Shown here: positions 1 to 13,601 of the stretch, piece by piece
How positions within the stretch are numbered: position 1 is the first letter of the stretch
Layout: the number at the start of each line of letters is the position of its first letter
Assembly (NCBI GenBank): GCA_001244265.2
Contig: CDLV01000005.1
Span: forward strand, 2,480,001-2,544,000
Length of the DNA stretch: 64,000 nucleotides
Reading direction: 5' to 3'
Origin: Microbotryum violaceum
Lineage: Eukaryota
Notes under the pieces: model-generated
The model's database searches: none
What the model was told of the DNA's origin: nothing
Seen by the model: the letters and a program-made list of their open reading frames with translations, nothing else
Position numbers and translations under genes: made by a program

Positions 1-1507
1 GAGACGAAACCTATCTATCAGCAAAGGCGCGAGAGACGTTCGGGGAAAGAGCGTTCTTACTGAAGATCGAAAAAGTTCGCCGTGTGCTCAAATTCGGTGC
101 CGAGGATTTGGTCGTGAACATGAGCCGCCGAAGTGGCCGAGTCAAACGTGGCGATGGCATAGTAGTATCTGTGATTGCGATCAAGAACGCCACGCTTGTT
201 GAGCTCACAGGGCGTGCGCCGTAGTTATTTGAGACGCAACTCACCTCAGCCTCTCGAGTTGGTACTTGCGCAGCGCCTCATGGTCATACTCCTCCTCCCC
301 ATCCTCAACCTGGTCCCGCACAACGTCTTGTTCGGTGATCGCCACATCGTCTTCGCTCTCGTCGTCGCTGTTGTCACCCCGTCGCTTCTTGCTCTTCATG
401 GCCTTTGTCTTGCCCTTGTTCTTCTGCCTCCCCAGCACGAGCAACTCCCCTTCACCTTCGTCATTGTCACTTGCAGCGGCTTGAGCGGCCTTGAACACTT
501 CTGTCGGAGGACCCTCCCTCGCCTCTCGCTCCATTCGTTCTCGACCGAACTGGGATGGGTAAATCCTCAGATGCAACAAACGACCGGGTGCAACGACCAG
601 CCTCGAGCTAGGCTTAAACCCTTCGACCTCTTCCCCTCGCTCGTCGAACTTTTTCGCTGCTCCGGCAGTAGCTCGGCCGCCTGATGCGGTGGACGTTTCA
701 GCAATCGAAGCGGCGGTCGCCGACAGAGGGGAAGCGAGAACTCGATAGAGATCCACGGCTCGGATGTTGTCCCAATCCATGTTGACGACGGCCAACCTTT
801 TCGTTGGATTAGGGTCGTCCTCTTTATCGTCCTCGCCTTCTTCGACTTCGTTATCCGACCCGGCGACGGCGTGTTCTGTTTCTGAAAGGTCGATCGATGG
901 CGATCTTGGTCGTCGTCTGAGACCCGACTTGGTGATGCCGCCGAACGTGACTGACCCTTCGTCGCCCGAAGATCCTACTTCGGAATCGGAATCGGAATCG
1001 CCTTCGTCTTGATCGTCTTTGTCGTTCTTGTCTCCTTCTTCGTCCGAGGACTCCATCAATACCTGACCACGGGCGAGATCAACGAACGGTTTGGCTGCAA
1101 CACCTGTCTTCTCCTCGTCTGACTCGCTCTCATCACCCTCATCCCCATCCTCTTGCTCTTCCACAACGTCTTTCTTGGTAAAAGAAGGCTTTTGGTCACG
1201 CTGGTCTTCCTCATCTTCCATCCTGTAGTACCTCTTGAGTTCCAGAGTCTTGTTATCCTTCTCGACCTTTCGGCCGTACTTGTCGACCTTTCGCTGCCGC
1301 TTCGAGCCTGAAGCAGCGTCGTTGACCAATATCAGCTCACGATCACAAGGCCAAAGCCGCGGTAGGCGACCAACAAGACGTACCCTCATCCTCATCTTTG
1401 AAAATAGACTCGAACCGCTTGTCAACGACGATCTTGTTCTTGGCCGCTTTGGGTCGCACGAACCGCGGGTCGGTATGTAACCGCGCGAAACGTGGGTCGC
1501 TCGACAT
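1..1507 (-). CDS. ESF1: Pre-rRNA-processing protein Esf1 (5' part; runs off the left edge; spliced)
   Basis: N-terminus MSSDPRFARLHTDPRF; KVDKYGR; PTKRLAVVNMDWDNIRAVDLY; IYPSQFGRERMERE; LRKYQLERLR followed after an intron by YYYAIATFDS. These are typical Esf1 motifs. Confidence 0.92.
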
Positions 1508-1843
1508 GCTGTACGAGGTCCGACTTTCGACTTTGTTCACGATAAGGGAAGGATATCCCGGTGCGGAGGTTGAGGCTGTGAAATGTAGTGCGAGGTCGGG
1601 ATGAGCTCGGGAGGAGCGGCAGGTAGTCCCTCGATCCAGGTGCGCGAAGGGGTTGCGAAGTCAACGTCTTTTGAGCTTGGACCCTCTCTGCGCGACCGAT
1701 CGATCGCCGAGACGAGGCGAGATCGATCGCCTATCGTGAAATGCAAACCATGTTCATGGCCTCAAGAACGTCCAGATAATACTTTGCTTCCATTTTCACC
1801 TACTACGCTCAACTATCTGGCCCTCGGTCACGCCCCGCATCAT

Positions 1844-4800
1844 CTAGTACTGCTCCGCCATGACTGTGAAACGGCGTCCATCCCGTCTAACATGAGCGAA
1901 CAGGCCTTACGAAACCACGACCTAGTCCTTGATCGACGCCCGACTTACTCAAAACGATCAGACTGGACCATCCAGTAAACGGATAGCTCCGCTGGCCTTT
2001 GCCCGTCTTGTCATTGTACTGCTCAAACACAAAGCCTGTCCGTTTGTACTCCTGTTTCGTATACCGGCAATTCAGTCAGATGGTTGGCTTTACCCCTTGT
2101 CCGGACCTTGGGGAATGTTTCGAACTGACCCGGTACATATTCTTACTCAAATTCTGACGCAACTCGATATAGACTTTTTGTGCTCGGCCTTGATAGGGGC
2201 CAGGAGTTGTCGCGTAGGTCTGGCAAAAAAGCACAAAGATTGAGCTTCTCAACTATTCCTGCCCCGACTTCCCACCACAGATGAGTCAGCGTACCGTAAA
2301 CAAAGCCTTCAACGCCATATAACAAATCGGGATCCAAATAGGACCTCTCCAATAGTCCTCATCCTTGCCATAATACTTCTCCCCTGGAGTCAGGGACCGA
2401 AGTCCATAATCGCACCACAGGTATTGAGGATCGCGCATGAACTCGAGTGTTGCTACAAGTTTGGGCGAGTCGACGGGAATGAGGGAGAGAAGCAGAGGGA
2501 AAAGGCATACGTAGCCTCGTACGACGACGAATTCAGAGATATCTGTGGAACGCGTCATGGGATCAGCTCGTTGCACCCAGGGGAGACTTCGCTGCGCACG
2601 GGGCTTGAGACTCACTCCGCGAGTCCACCGTCGTGTCGAGATACAGCTGATGCTCCTCGCTCCAGTGAAAATCTGTGCAAACATTGTTGGTTAGAGTTCT
2701 AGAGGGTCAGAGTTCTCTTCTAGAACTCTAGTGCAGGACTTCGTCCTGCTGACACACCATCGATATTACCCTTCACATCCTCAAACTCCTTCTCAAACCT
2801 AGCCCGATCCTCACCCTCGCCACACGCACCCGCCAACTCCTTCATCGACTCCGCAAACGTCGCCATCTAACAAATCAGATCCACATGTAAGTCACTCCTA
2901 GTCGGAGGTTCGGCGCGAGGATAATCGTCCAATCCAGAGGTCAACAACTGGTCAGGGTTTAAACTTTGACCCCTCCATCTCCAAGCTTCTTCTGAGTTCC
3001 GAGCTTGTCGGCCTCTGACGCCTGAAATTTGCCCACGTTGCGTCCGACGGAACCATTCATAGTGCGATTTGAGCTTGGGGTAGATCGACGTGAGGAATGA
3101 ACGCGTTCGCTTCATGTCGTCCGAACTCGATGTCGAGGCGGATCGTTGCACGAGCTGCAAGGCCGTTCGGACGGCCATCAAGAGCGTGGGGGCAGTTGAG
3201 ACACAAACTCAGATGGGACCTGTGAACGCAATGCACGGGATGGTGTCAGTTGATCGGTGCTCTCACTGTTGCGCCAAGCGCCGAGTGCTACCAAGCGAGG
3301 AAGACCTCCCCTAGATCGAGCCTCTTCACCCAAGATTTGCTCTCTTCCGATCCATCCATCCTGATCAATCAGATCCACCCAGCTCGAGATGATCCTCAGC
3401 CCAAGGTCTAGATCCCAACGATTGATTAAGAGCAAGTGGAAGCCCTCGTCCCAATAGAACCCTCGGGGGAAGAAACTGCGGCAAGGGGTTGCCGTCAACA
3501 ACGTTTGTGCCGGTACGATTTCGGGATGAGGTTTCGCTTCACCCTTGTCCTCGCCATCCTCGCGGTCCCATGGATATCTGAAATGGCGGTCAACGATCGA
3601 GGTGCCATAAAAGTAGCCTATCCCGCCCAAGAGGTTCGACAGGGTGCTCCGGGCGAAAGCGACTTCGGAAGCTTCAAAGTTGCCGAATCGATCGAGCTCA
3701 AAGCAAGATCGAAAGCGATTGTGGAATTGTAGCCTATTCAAATCCATGAGTGCGGTGAGGGAAGAAGTGTCCATGTGTGTGGTGCTAGAGTCCGAGTTGA
3801 AGAAGATGTCGATCGTCCATGAACCGTCGACCGTGGTGTGGACGGCATAAAGAGTTGACTCGACCTCCACGGTGTGGCCATCCAGGACTTGGAAATTGAT
3901 CGCGTCGACGATGATGTCTGTAACAGCACGAGATCAGCTTTTGGATTCTTCATCCACTGATTCAGATATCGGACGAGGGAACAATTCTTCACCTTTGGCT
4001 TTCCATATCTCGCCTGGGGCAACCTTGAAGCCGTACTTTTTGGTGGAGACAATTCCTTTCCAAATCATGCCAGATCTCGGTCAACCTACTTAAACCTCTC
4101 GTCCTGTGCCCGGTCATCCCAGGTCGCTCACCGTGATCACTTCGGACTCGGATCTCAAATTTGCCGAGGCCGGCCATTTCTCCAGCGATTATGACCGTTC
4201 CCTGTGGGTCCGATTCGGTTCTTCTATAGTGAACAGACACTCCCCATCGAAAAACGACGAGGACGTACATCTGGGGCATCCTCTCTGAGCTCGAGCTGGC
4301 CTTGCTCCGAATCTCTGCCGAAGTAATTGATGAACTCGAACTGGTCGGGACGGCTCGCTCGATCCAAGTGTTTGTCATCTGAGACACCAAAGCGGCCCAA
4401 ATTTCATACTTTAATACACTCTATCGACCGCGAAAAAGTAGTGCCTCAAGACTGACGCACCATCGTGCAACACTTTGCCCTCGATCCTGACGCCCCAACC
4501 GTTCCCGTCACGACTCTTGGCGAACCCCACATCCATCGCTATGCCCAGATCGTCATCAGCGATCGTCTGCAGACACCCCATTCGAGGATCGTGTCTCTTG
4601 AATTCGTACGTCAGACCAGGCGATTGCGTGCATTCATGTCGGACATCCTTGGTATCGAGCTTGGTGGCCTTGGGTGGCGCTGATAAGGAGGAAGAGTCGG
4701 TGGTTGATGACGACGTGGGGGCACGATACCAGAGGAGACCGTAGAGCAAGGATTCGTGAGGGAGCAGAGGGCGGAGACCAAAGTACAGACCGGGTCGATA

Positions 4801-4845
4801 CGTAGACCAGAGTAAGGAGCTGTCCTCCGCGGTATCCACTGCCAT
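1844..4845 (-). CDS. CWH41: Mannosyl-oligosaccharide glucosidase I (GH63), multi-exon; start could be ATG 4941
   Basis: LLWSTYRPGLYFGLRP, SNLLGGIGYFYG, PCRSFFPRGFYWDEGFH, GWIGREQILGEEAR, LTSGLDDYPRA, YWRGPIWI; C-terminal FEQYNDKTGKGQRSYPFTGWSSL and last exon MAEQY* (stop 1844-1846). Confidence 0.92.
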
Positions 4846-5218
4846 CACTAGGTTCAGATCCACGGTCTGAGCGAATCTCGAGGTGGGGAGAGTGGGGGCC
4901 ACGAGACGAAACCTGAGCGCACGAGCTCCGAACCCGATCATTTCTCAAGCGCCTGGTGAGATTGCAAATCTTTGTTGAGAGGTCACATGAGACTGTGCTC
5001 TTTAGCCAAAAGAAGAAAAAGAAAAGAAAAAAGAAAGAGGGAGAGGAAAGAGAGTACGAAGTACAAGCACAACTAGGAGAGGCCTAGGGGCGGGTGGATT
5101 GGGGTGTTTTGGTAACAAGAGAAGCACCCGTGCGGAGAAAAGCGAGGGTCGCCGGTGAAAGCAAATGGGTGGTAAAACGAGAGGGAGAGGCACAGAAATA
5201 GAGACCAGTAGACCGAGA

Positions 5219-6414
5219 TCACCCGAGCTTGCGGAATTCGCTCAGTACAGGATAGATGTTGGCGAACGCGGCGTAGATCTCTTCTCGGAACTTGGCACCG
5301 GTCAACACGATCTTGCCCGACACGAAAATCAACAGCACAACCTTAGGCTTGACCATGCGGTAGATCAGACCGGGGAACAGCTCGGGTTCGTACGACGAGA
5401 AGTGGCCGTGCGCGAACGCGAGCCCTTCGAGTCGGATCGGGAATTTCACGTCACACGACCCGACAATGTTCTGGATCTTGAAGTCTTGAAACTTGGCCTC
5501 GAACCCGAGCTTCTGGATGATACGCGCGTACTTTCGTGCCGCCAGTCGCGAGTCGTCTTCCGACTTGGCACCGGTGACGACGACCTTGCCCGAGGCAAAC
5601 ACGAGTGCGGTTGTCTTGGGTTCTCGGATTCGCATGATCACAGCGGCAAATCGCTGAGGTACGACGGACGGAAGGTCAGCTTCTGAGACGCCATATGTTG
5701 GGGTAATAATCGCTACTTGCAACTCACCTTGGGACTGTACTCGGCGTTCCGCGCATGCAGAGCAATCGTCTTGAGATCGAGCCGGCAATCGAGATTGACG
5801 GTCGAGACGATATTTCTAATCGCATGACAAACCAGACCAAGCCAGACAGAACCCAACGGAAAGAAAGGAAAGGGAAGAGAAAATGATAGGTGTCAACCTC
5901 GCAATATGTTGAACAATATTTGAGGTGCCTCTGTCTGCCAAGATGCATCCCTGTGCTTCGTTTCCCCCGTCCCTTCCGATGCCCGTGCGCCCTCACGAAA
6001 CTGCCGCTGTGGGCCGGCCCAACTAAGGCCGGACCCAGCACACCCGGCCACCTGGCCGCGGCAGAGCGTGGGCGATGCGCACCCGTCACAGCCGCGCTCG
6101 GCCCAGCGGGCAGGCCGGCCAACCGTGCGCGCTCTACACCATCGAGAGGAGCCCAAAGCGACAACTTACTGAAGTGTAGGCACAATGCCATGGACTCCAG
6201 GGATGACGGCATTCGCCTCTGCACCTGCCGTCGATGCAACTGCCACCGCTGTCGAGTCTTTGCTCGTCGATGCGTCCTTCGGGCCTGCTGCTGACTCGGT
6301 ACCCACACCCGCTACACCCGCACTCGTACTCGCACTCATCCCCGCCGCTGGCTGTGTCGGCAGCGACAACGAAGTAACCTTGGGACCCGAGGGCAGCGCC
6401 AATCCAGTCGACAT
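5219..6414 (-). CDS. SPT15: TATA-binding protein
   Basis: [59 protein letters not shown]...[17 protein letters not shown] introns at 6169-5816 and ~5727-5655 restore the frame. Confidence 0.98.
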
Positions 6415-7510
6415 GGTGTGGAGGGAGAGGAGATGGGACGAGAGGGCGGGCGGTGACGGTTGGCCGGTCTCGACCCGAACCTGCTCAGCGACGGTGACGA
6501 GTGACGGGAAGCCTGGTGAGGTGCGATCGAGGGGCGACTACTAGCTTAAAGAGTCGGACGTCGATCTGGGGTTGGGGTGCACACAACAGGTTCGAGTACA
6601 GGCGATCGGAGTGGGCAGCGAACGCGACCAGTCGTGACGGAGCGCAAGCCAAAGGACGATCGTCGAAGCTCATCCTGAGAGCGGTTTGGCGCGGGCGAAA
6701 ACCTGCGAAAACTGGCATAAAGGGCTCCTGCCGGCCATCCCATGCGGGCATGTAGCGCGCGCGATACCCCGCCGCATCAATTGGAGACTAGCACTGGACT
6801 GACTTCAGCGCCGCAGAAAGCTAATAGTGATTAGCCCCTCGGCCAGCAGCGCGCGTCGATGACGATCGGGGGACCGCAAAGAACACTCGAGGCAATGTCA
6901 ATTCGGTCATTCAACATCAAGCGAGCTTGCTCCACACCGTCATGTACTACAGTGATCCAGATCGCGGTCGTGTGCCCCTTCTCCGTTCGGGTTTGGGGAT
7001 TCGGTTCTCCTGTCGCCGTCGAGCTCGGCCCCAATCGCGACAGGCTCCAGGCCCTGGCTGACGACGGCCTGCTGCAGGGTGCTTTTCGGCCCGGTGTGAT
7101 GGCGTGCTACAGCGAGCATTGACGCCTCTCGGATGTGTGAGTAGGTACCAGAACCTCGCACTAGAGAGCCTCACCCTAGATCACCCTTTCAAGACCACTA
7201 CATCATGGCCTACAGCCGTCTTTCTCACTCTTGCCACTGGCCGCTGAGAGGCTGCGATGGCCCCGATCGCTCCGGCGAGGAAAAATCAACTTGCCAGGCG
7301 CGCGCGAGTTTGATCGCCTCTCTCCCTCCCGTTTACCACTTGTTGGCCAACTTCGCGCCTTTTGGTTGCCGCTCGGACCCACCGGAACCTCCATCGACCC
7401 GCAACGGTCGATCATCTGCACTCGACCTCATCACTTGCTCGACTCGGTAAACGCGGCTTCGGCACCAGTGTGATCGAGCGCGTAGCATAGCAGGCAGGCT
7501 CGAGAGACCA

Positions 7511-10500
7511 ATGTCGGGCGAGTTGGCCTCGCAGCTGGGCAGCAGTGACCCGGCCTCGACGTCTACGACCACCGCTGCCGGCACGACCACCGGCACCGGC
7601 CTGCCCGCGTCGGTTCCAGCGACCGAGACCGCGACCGCACCGCTCGCCGCACAGTCGCCCATGTTGAACATTGCATCACTCAAAGCCGACTCGCTGCTCA
7701 GCTTGGCCTCCACCACCCATGAAGTCACCCCAGGAGCACCGGCAGCAGCTCAGCCGACTCCCATCGAAGCCCAGCCATCTCCGATAGCGACCGCGGCATC
7801 GATCGAGCCCAGTCCGGCAGCAGAAGCAGCAGCATCTGTGGCACCCGTCGTTGCAGCTGCCGACATTCCGGCCGACGGGACGACATCTGCGACCGCCGAA
7901 GATGTGTCTGCACCGTCAGAGCCGGTCGCATCCGCCACCATCGAGGCTATCACCGACGCCGCGATCCCCCAGCCCCCCGTGTCGGATTTGAGGACCGAGG
8001 TCGAGGCAGAGGCGCCACTGGCCGAGATCGTTGCCGCTAGTGAAGCAGATCCGTCGACGGTCACTGCCGCCCCCGTGGAGGCCACTGCTTCTGAGCACCC
8101 ACTCAGCAATGGAACAATCGCCACTCCGCAGATTTCGACCGTCGAGGAGCCGTTGATCAATGGCCATGCGCACACGAACGGCACCGCTGATCACGAGTCG
8201 CAGCCCACTTCTACGGCACCCCCTGCCGAGGTCGTATCCTCGCTTCCAGAGGCTCCGATTGTCCCACCAGCGCCTCTCTCTGCTCCGGAAACGATTCCGC
8301 CACCGCCTGTTGTACCGCTGCCAGCCGTAACCGAGTTCGCGCAGATGCCCCAGATGCGCCGTGCCGAGAGCACCAGCAGTAGCATCGCCGCCCAACCTGC
8401 CACACCCGTCACCTCGACCGGCACGGTCCCACCTCCTCTCCCGTCTTCGGCTGCAGTTGATTTGCCAGCGCCCGCTCCTGTTCCTGCAGCGCCTTCGGTG
8501 AACGCATCGTACGATGCTTTCGTTCACGAGCAATTCGGTTTCGACCCTACGGCTGCGGCTCCCGCAATGTCGACAGCACCCGAGCCGATGCAGACCGAGT
8601 CGACACCCTCCGAACTGAGTGCCCCGGCGCCTGCGCCCGCTCCTGTTATTGCTCGGGAATCGACGCCTGCACCTGCACCAATACCCGCATCTGAATCTGC
8701 CTCCGCTATTGCTCCCGCCCCTACCCCGGTGAATGTCGAGTTACCTTTCTCTGGGGACGGCTTCGCTCCCCCTCCTCGCGCCCCCGCCCCGATTCAGCCC
8801 ACCCCTGCTGCCTCGTCCGAAGACGTGCAAATGGCCGACTCATCAGCCAGCGCCGTCGAGTCCCCGTTGCTCAAGCGAGGCTTTTCGGACGACGGTCCAA
8901 CGGTTGCAGCGGGTGTAGTTGGTGAAGTCTCGCAAGAGCGCGATGCAAAACGTTTCAAGAGCGATGAAGCGGCCACCACGGTAAGTTCCTGCCGGTGGTC
9001 CTGACGAACATGACCACTCGACAACGGGCTTGTTGCCTCGCTATCTCGTACTCACATCGCGTTCTGCGTCTCCTGTGCCTCAAATAGTCCGCTGCGGCTT
9101 CGGGCCCGGTCCCGGCCACGACCTCTCCATCGATCTCGTTGGCTCGTCCAGCAGCTGCGGAGGCGGCTCGCGTTCCCAGTCCGACGCCGCAACCCGTGCT
9201 CGGCTATGATCCGTCGGCTTTCACGCACGTCGCGTCTCTACCTCATTCGGCCGTCTCGCAAGCGTCTGCGCACAACTCTACCACCGCCCCTGCGCCGACG
9301 CATTCGCATCAGCCTCATTTCGCCACCTCGGCTTCTTCCCAGCCGACCCCACCGGCACCCGTGCCGTCTTCCAGCGGTTACGCCCAATCCCCGGCACCCG
9401 AGCTGCCCCCCTCCGCGACCGCCACAGGACCCCTGCCGATCATGACGAAGGAGCAGCAAAAGTGGGCCCTGACGATGATCCGCAGCTTGAAGAAGAACAA
9501 GAGCGCCGGTCCTTTCTGCCGGCCTGTCGACCCCGTCGCGTTGCTCATCCCCGACTACTTCCGCGTCATCACCCGCCCGATGGATCTCGGCACGATCGAG
9601 ACCAAGCTCAACGCAACGGGCAAGGCGATGGCTGCGGCGAGTAAGCTCGGGCGTACGTTCGGCATCGACTACACCCGCGGCGCTGGAGCATGGGAAGGCG
9701 CGAGTGACAAGGTGTATCGCACCGCGGAAGAGTTCAAAGAGGATGTGATGCGAGTCTGGGACAACTGCTACCGATACAATGGGCCGGCGGACAAAAATCC
9801 CGTCTCGGCGATGGCTGCGGTGCTGCAGGCGATTTGCGAGCGTCAATGGAAGACAATGCCCAGCGCACCCCTGATCGAGTACGTCGAGCCTCCTGCACCC
9901 CCACGACCTGCGGCGCCTCAACCTGTCGCCGTTTCGCCGATCGATGGCGGTTCGAGCAAGAAGGATCGTCGACCGTCGCAGTCGTTCGTCCCGACCATTC
10001 GACGCTCCGAGGATGGCACACGTCCGAAGCGAGAGATTCACGCCCCGACTCGGGAATTGCCCTACCTCGTTGACGCCGCGGAGCAGCAGCAGCAACAGGT
10101 CGCTGCCGCACCCAGCCGATCCCGAATGGGTCGCGTCAGTGGCAAGACGGCGCAGGAGCAGCTGCGCTTCTGCAAGGAAGTGATCAAAGAGATGTTCAAA
10201 AAGGTCCACGAACCCTATGCCTACGTGTTCTACGAGCCAGTCAGTGAGTCCGAGCGTCTGTTTTCTTCAGGTCGCGATCCGCACGCTGTTAGGCACGACA
10301 AGTGAGCTGACCTAACCTTTTGATGCTAATGCAGACTACGTCGCTCTGAACATCCCGCAATACCCTCAAATCATCAAGAAGCCCATGGATCTCGGCACCG
10401 TGCGAAACAAGCTCGAGCAGGGCCTGTACAACGCGAACCCTTATTCCGCTTTTGAAGCTGACATGCGCCTCATCTTCAAAAACTGCTACACATTCAACCC

Positions 10501-11374
10501 CGTCGGGTCCCCGGTCAACGAGTGGGGTCATCGCGTCGAGCAGATCTTTGAGCAAAAATGGAACGAGCGACCGATGGCGCCAGTCGACGACGAGGACGAG
10601 GTCTCGGAGGATGATGGCATCAGCGCGATGGAGAAGCAATTGCAGATGATGCAGGCGAACCTCGAGTTGATGAAGCAGCAGAAGCGGGCCGAGAAAGAGC
10701 AGGCACGCATGATGGCCGCGATGCAGGAGATGCAGGCCGGATTCGCGCGTGCACCCAAGCCGTCCAAGAAGCAATCGACCCAAGATCGTCGAGCCTCGAC
10801 CGGCGCGGCTCCCAAGAAGGCACGGAGTTCGAGCACTGGTGGGCCTGCGGCGGCGCCGAGTGCAGCTGGCGCTTCCAAGAAGAAGCGCTCCAAGCATCGC
10901 GAGGAGGACCCCGGGTACGGTGCACCTTCGCCGCCTCCAGCGCAGCCCGAATCGGTCACGTTCGAGATGAAGCGCGAGCTGGCGGTCAAGATTGTTTCTT
11001 TTGAAGGCGAGAACCTCGAACGAGCGATCGACATCATCCGTCGCGGTCGACCAGACCTATTGAGCGACGCCAACAAAGAGATCGAGCTCGACATTGACCA
11101 ACTCGATCAGCGCACCTTGCTCAACCTGTACCGCTTTGTCTGCCCTCCCGCACCTAAGCCCAAGCAAGCCCGACGATCGAACGGCGCTTCGGCTGCTCCG
11201 AGCAAACGCAAGTTGCTCGACGAGGACAAGGAGGCCGAACGTATCGAGGCGCTCGAGAAGCGGTTGCTCGACTTTCAAAAGGGCTCTACCGCCGGCAACA
11301 CCGCTTCGCACGACGTCGCCAGTTCGGAATCCAGCTCTGATGACGAGAGTGGCAGTGACTCGGACGAGGACTAA
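7511..11374 (+). CDS. BDF1: BET-family double-bromodomain + ET-domain protein with long Ala/Pro/Ser-rich N-terminus
   Basis: Two bromodomains (PFCRPVDPVALLIPDYFRVITRPMDL; FYEPV..IIKKPMDLGTVRNKL..NCYTFN) and an ET domain (VTFEMKRELAVKI..EIELDIDQLDQRTL). Introns near 8981-9087 and 10244-10334. Confidence 0.9.
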
Positions 11375-12172
11375 GCGTGTTCCCTCGCCTCTCGCCCTCT
11401 CCGACCTCGTCATTCCGATTCGAAACCAGATTCAACATCTCCCCCCCCCGCCCTCCGGCGCTCCCGACGCGCTCACCTCGCTTCTGTTTCGACTCGATGG
11501 ACCCTCAGTACCTCTCCCTCTCCTTTTCTACGTGCATGGTCTGCTTTTGCACCTACCTGTCTTTTCGGGCTTTTTGCGTCTGTGTGTTGGCGATCTCGTC
11601 TAATCGAACCAAACGGGGGAGGGGCGGGTTGGTGGGTTTGGGGATGGAGAGTGCGTGCTCTGTGTTTCATTTCCTACTTTTTCTTCCTTTTCGCTTCCGA
11701 TTTCTTTTCTGTGCTCCCCCTTCTGGGTGCCAGAAGCCCCTGTTACATTGTGCGTCGATGATGTGTTGTAAGTTAGATTAGCCCCTCCCAAAATTTTCTG
11801 GCGTTTCGTGTCATTCACCCCCCCTCCCCCCGCCCGCTTCCCATAGCCCTAAATGCAGTCTACAATTCAATGAATAATTCTTGGTGGAACATGGAAGAAG
11901 AAGACACGAGTGTTTGATCAGATTATCTAGCACCTGTAGTCTCTGGCGTATTGAGGGCAAGAGTAGTCGGCGGCGTCCACACCGAGGTCTTCTGCGGTTC
12001 CTCTCATGCCCTCTGCCAGCGAGAAGGTGTGAACGCAAATCGAACGATAATAACATTCCAGATCAATAAATGTGACATCAAAAGAAAGTAGTAGAAAGAC
12101 GTGATTCAGAAGCCAAAAAATAAAATGCGATCGAAGGTATGTGGGCGTGCGGGCGGAAAAACATATCACATA

Positions 12173-13601
12173 CCAGTGGGAACCCGTTAAATTAACGGGA
12201 GGATGAAATTCAAAAATAAGCAGGATAATCGAACAGTGTACATGATATCAGTGCAGAGGTTAAGAAAACACAGTACGAAATACAGCAAAGAAACAAAATC
12301 CATTCATCTTACAGTCATTGCCGAAACAGCCTGCATGTCGCTTGTTGCCGGACTCGGCTTCAAACACTCGTGCAATGAGATCCGGACGGTTGCATGCTTT
12401 AACGGCCCCAGTGCAGCCTTGGTTTCCGGTGAGTCGGGGTCGTACGTCATCGTGATGAGCAGCGGAGGCTTTCCATGTTTGACAACGCACGCCATCGCAT
12501 CTGGTATCGCTGCGTGATGTCGCGATTTGGTTCGGGGTCAAGCCGTTGATGCCTTGGGTCGTGGTGAGGCGTAGGTTCTCTTGATGTAACCGGATGTGTT
12601 GAGTCAATCGGTCTTGACTTGGGAGTATATCCGTAATTCACGAACTCCAGGAAGGGACGTTGGGTGCAATGCGGGATTGAGAAGTGCTCGTCGCATTTGG
12701 CAAGTAGTGCGCAAAGAATTGTGAACGCGAGACTCGCCACCTCGACCCCTTTACTTGACCTTCGTCCTAGGTGTTCAAAAGTTCAATGTCAGTCTGAGGG
12801 TGCGTCTCAACAGAGAGGTATATGAGAAAGAGCCGAAGACGCGTACGTTCGCCATCACCATCCTCTTCGTCCCCTTCCTCGCCGTCTTCATCCTCATCGT
12901 CGCGGTCTTCGTCCTCCTGTTCGTCTTCGTCATCCAGACCGAGACCGGCAAGTACCTCGCGCGAATGGACACCATTGTCGATCTACTCTCAGTTTCTGGA
13001 GATTGGCGGCCTGGCTTGGTGGAACCCGCAAAGAGGAATGTTGGGGTGGAAGCCATCTTCCCCTGCAGGAAAAAGTAGTGGGTAACGGAGAGGCATCGCG
13101 GACGGATGGAGCGAGCTAACGATTTGGTACTTGGGCCGACCATCGGGACATCGATCACCGTGCACCTGGAGAATAAGGTCTTGCGGTCCACGATCTCCCG
13201 TGTTGGTGTCGGAATCGCAGATAAGCATCGCCATTTCCGTGCTCGACGTAGGAGGGTTGTGGGTGCGTCGGTCCCGGCCTGGCGGGAGGCAGAGGCGCAG
13301 GATCCACTCTTTGGCCGTATCCCAACCTGCGCGAGGTTTGGCCGATGCGAACTCCCTCACAAAGTGATTCTTAGTACGCAACATGGACTCGAGCTTGGTC
13401 AAAGTAGATCGTTGCATGTGACTGTCTGCGCCGTCGGGTTCAAGTCGAGTGTCGGTGGCCTCGGCCGGGTTGATCAGCCATGTTTGAGCAAAGGCTGGGC
13501 ATTGATTCACGGCAGGGATTAGGGCGCCGAGTTGATGGTAGAGGCGGCCGAACACACGAAACACGGGAGGTCCTAGAGTGCCCACTTGGGTTTGGTCCCA
13601 G
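12173..13601 (-). mobile_element. Helitron fragment (central RepHel/Helitron_like_N region, internally deleted) with 3' terminus
   Basis: GPPVFRVFGRLYHQLGAL, LRYPLLFPAGEDGFH, HIRLHQENLR, DAMACVVKHGKPPLLITMT, RPDLIARVFE. On the minus strand a hairpin CCCGTTAA-T-TTAACGGG (12199-12183) is followed by CTGG|T (12176-12172), the CTRR|T end pattern. Confidence 0.85.

Noticed and set aside
9238-10209. Long antisense ORFs over BDF1, and similar ones over TOM1, IMPDH and the LINE
   Set aside because: Shadow frames of GC-rich coding sequence; no recognisable motifs.
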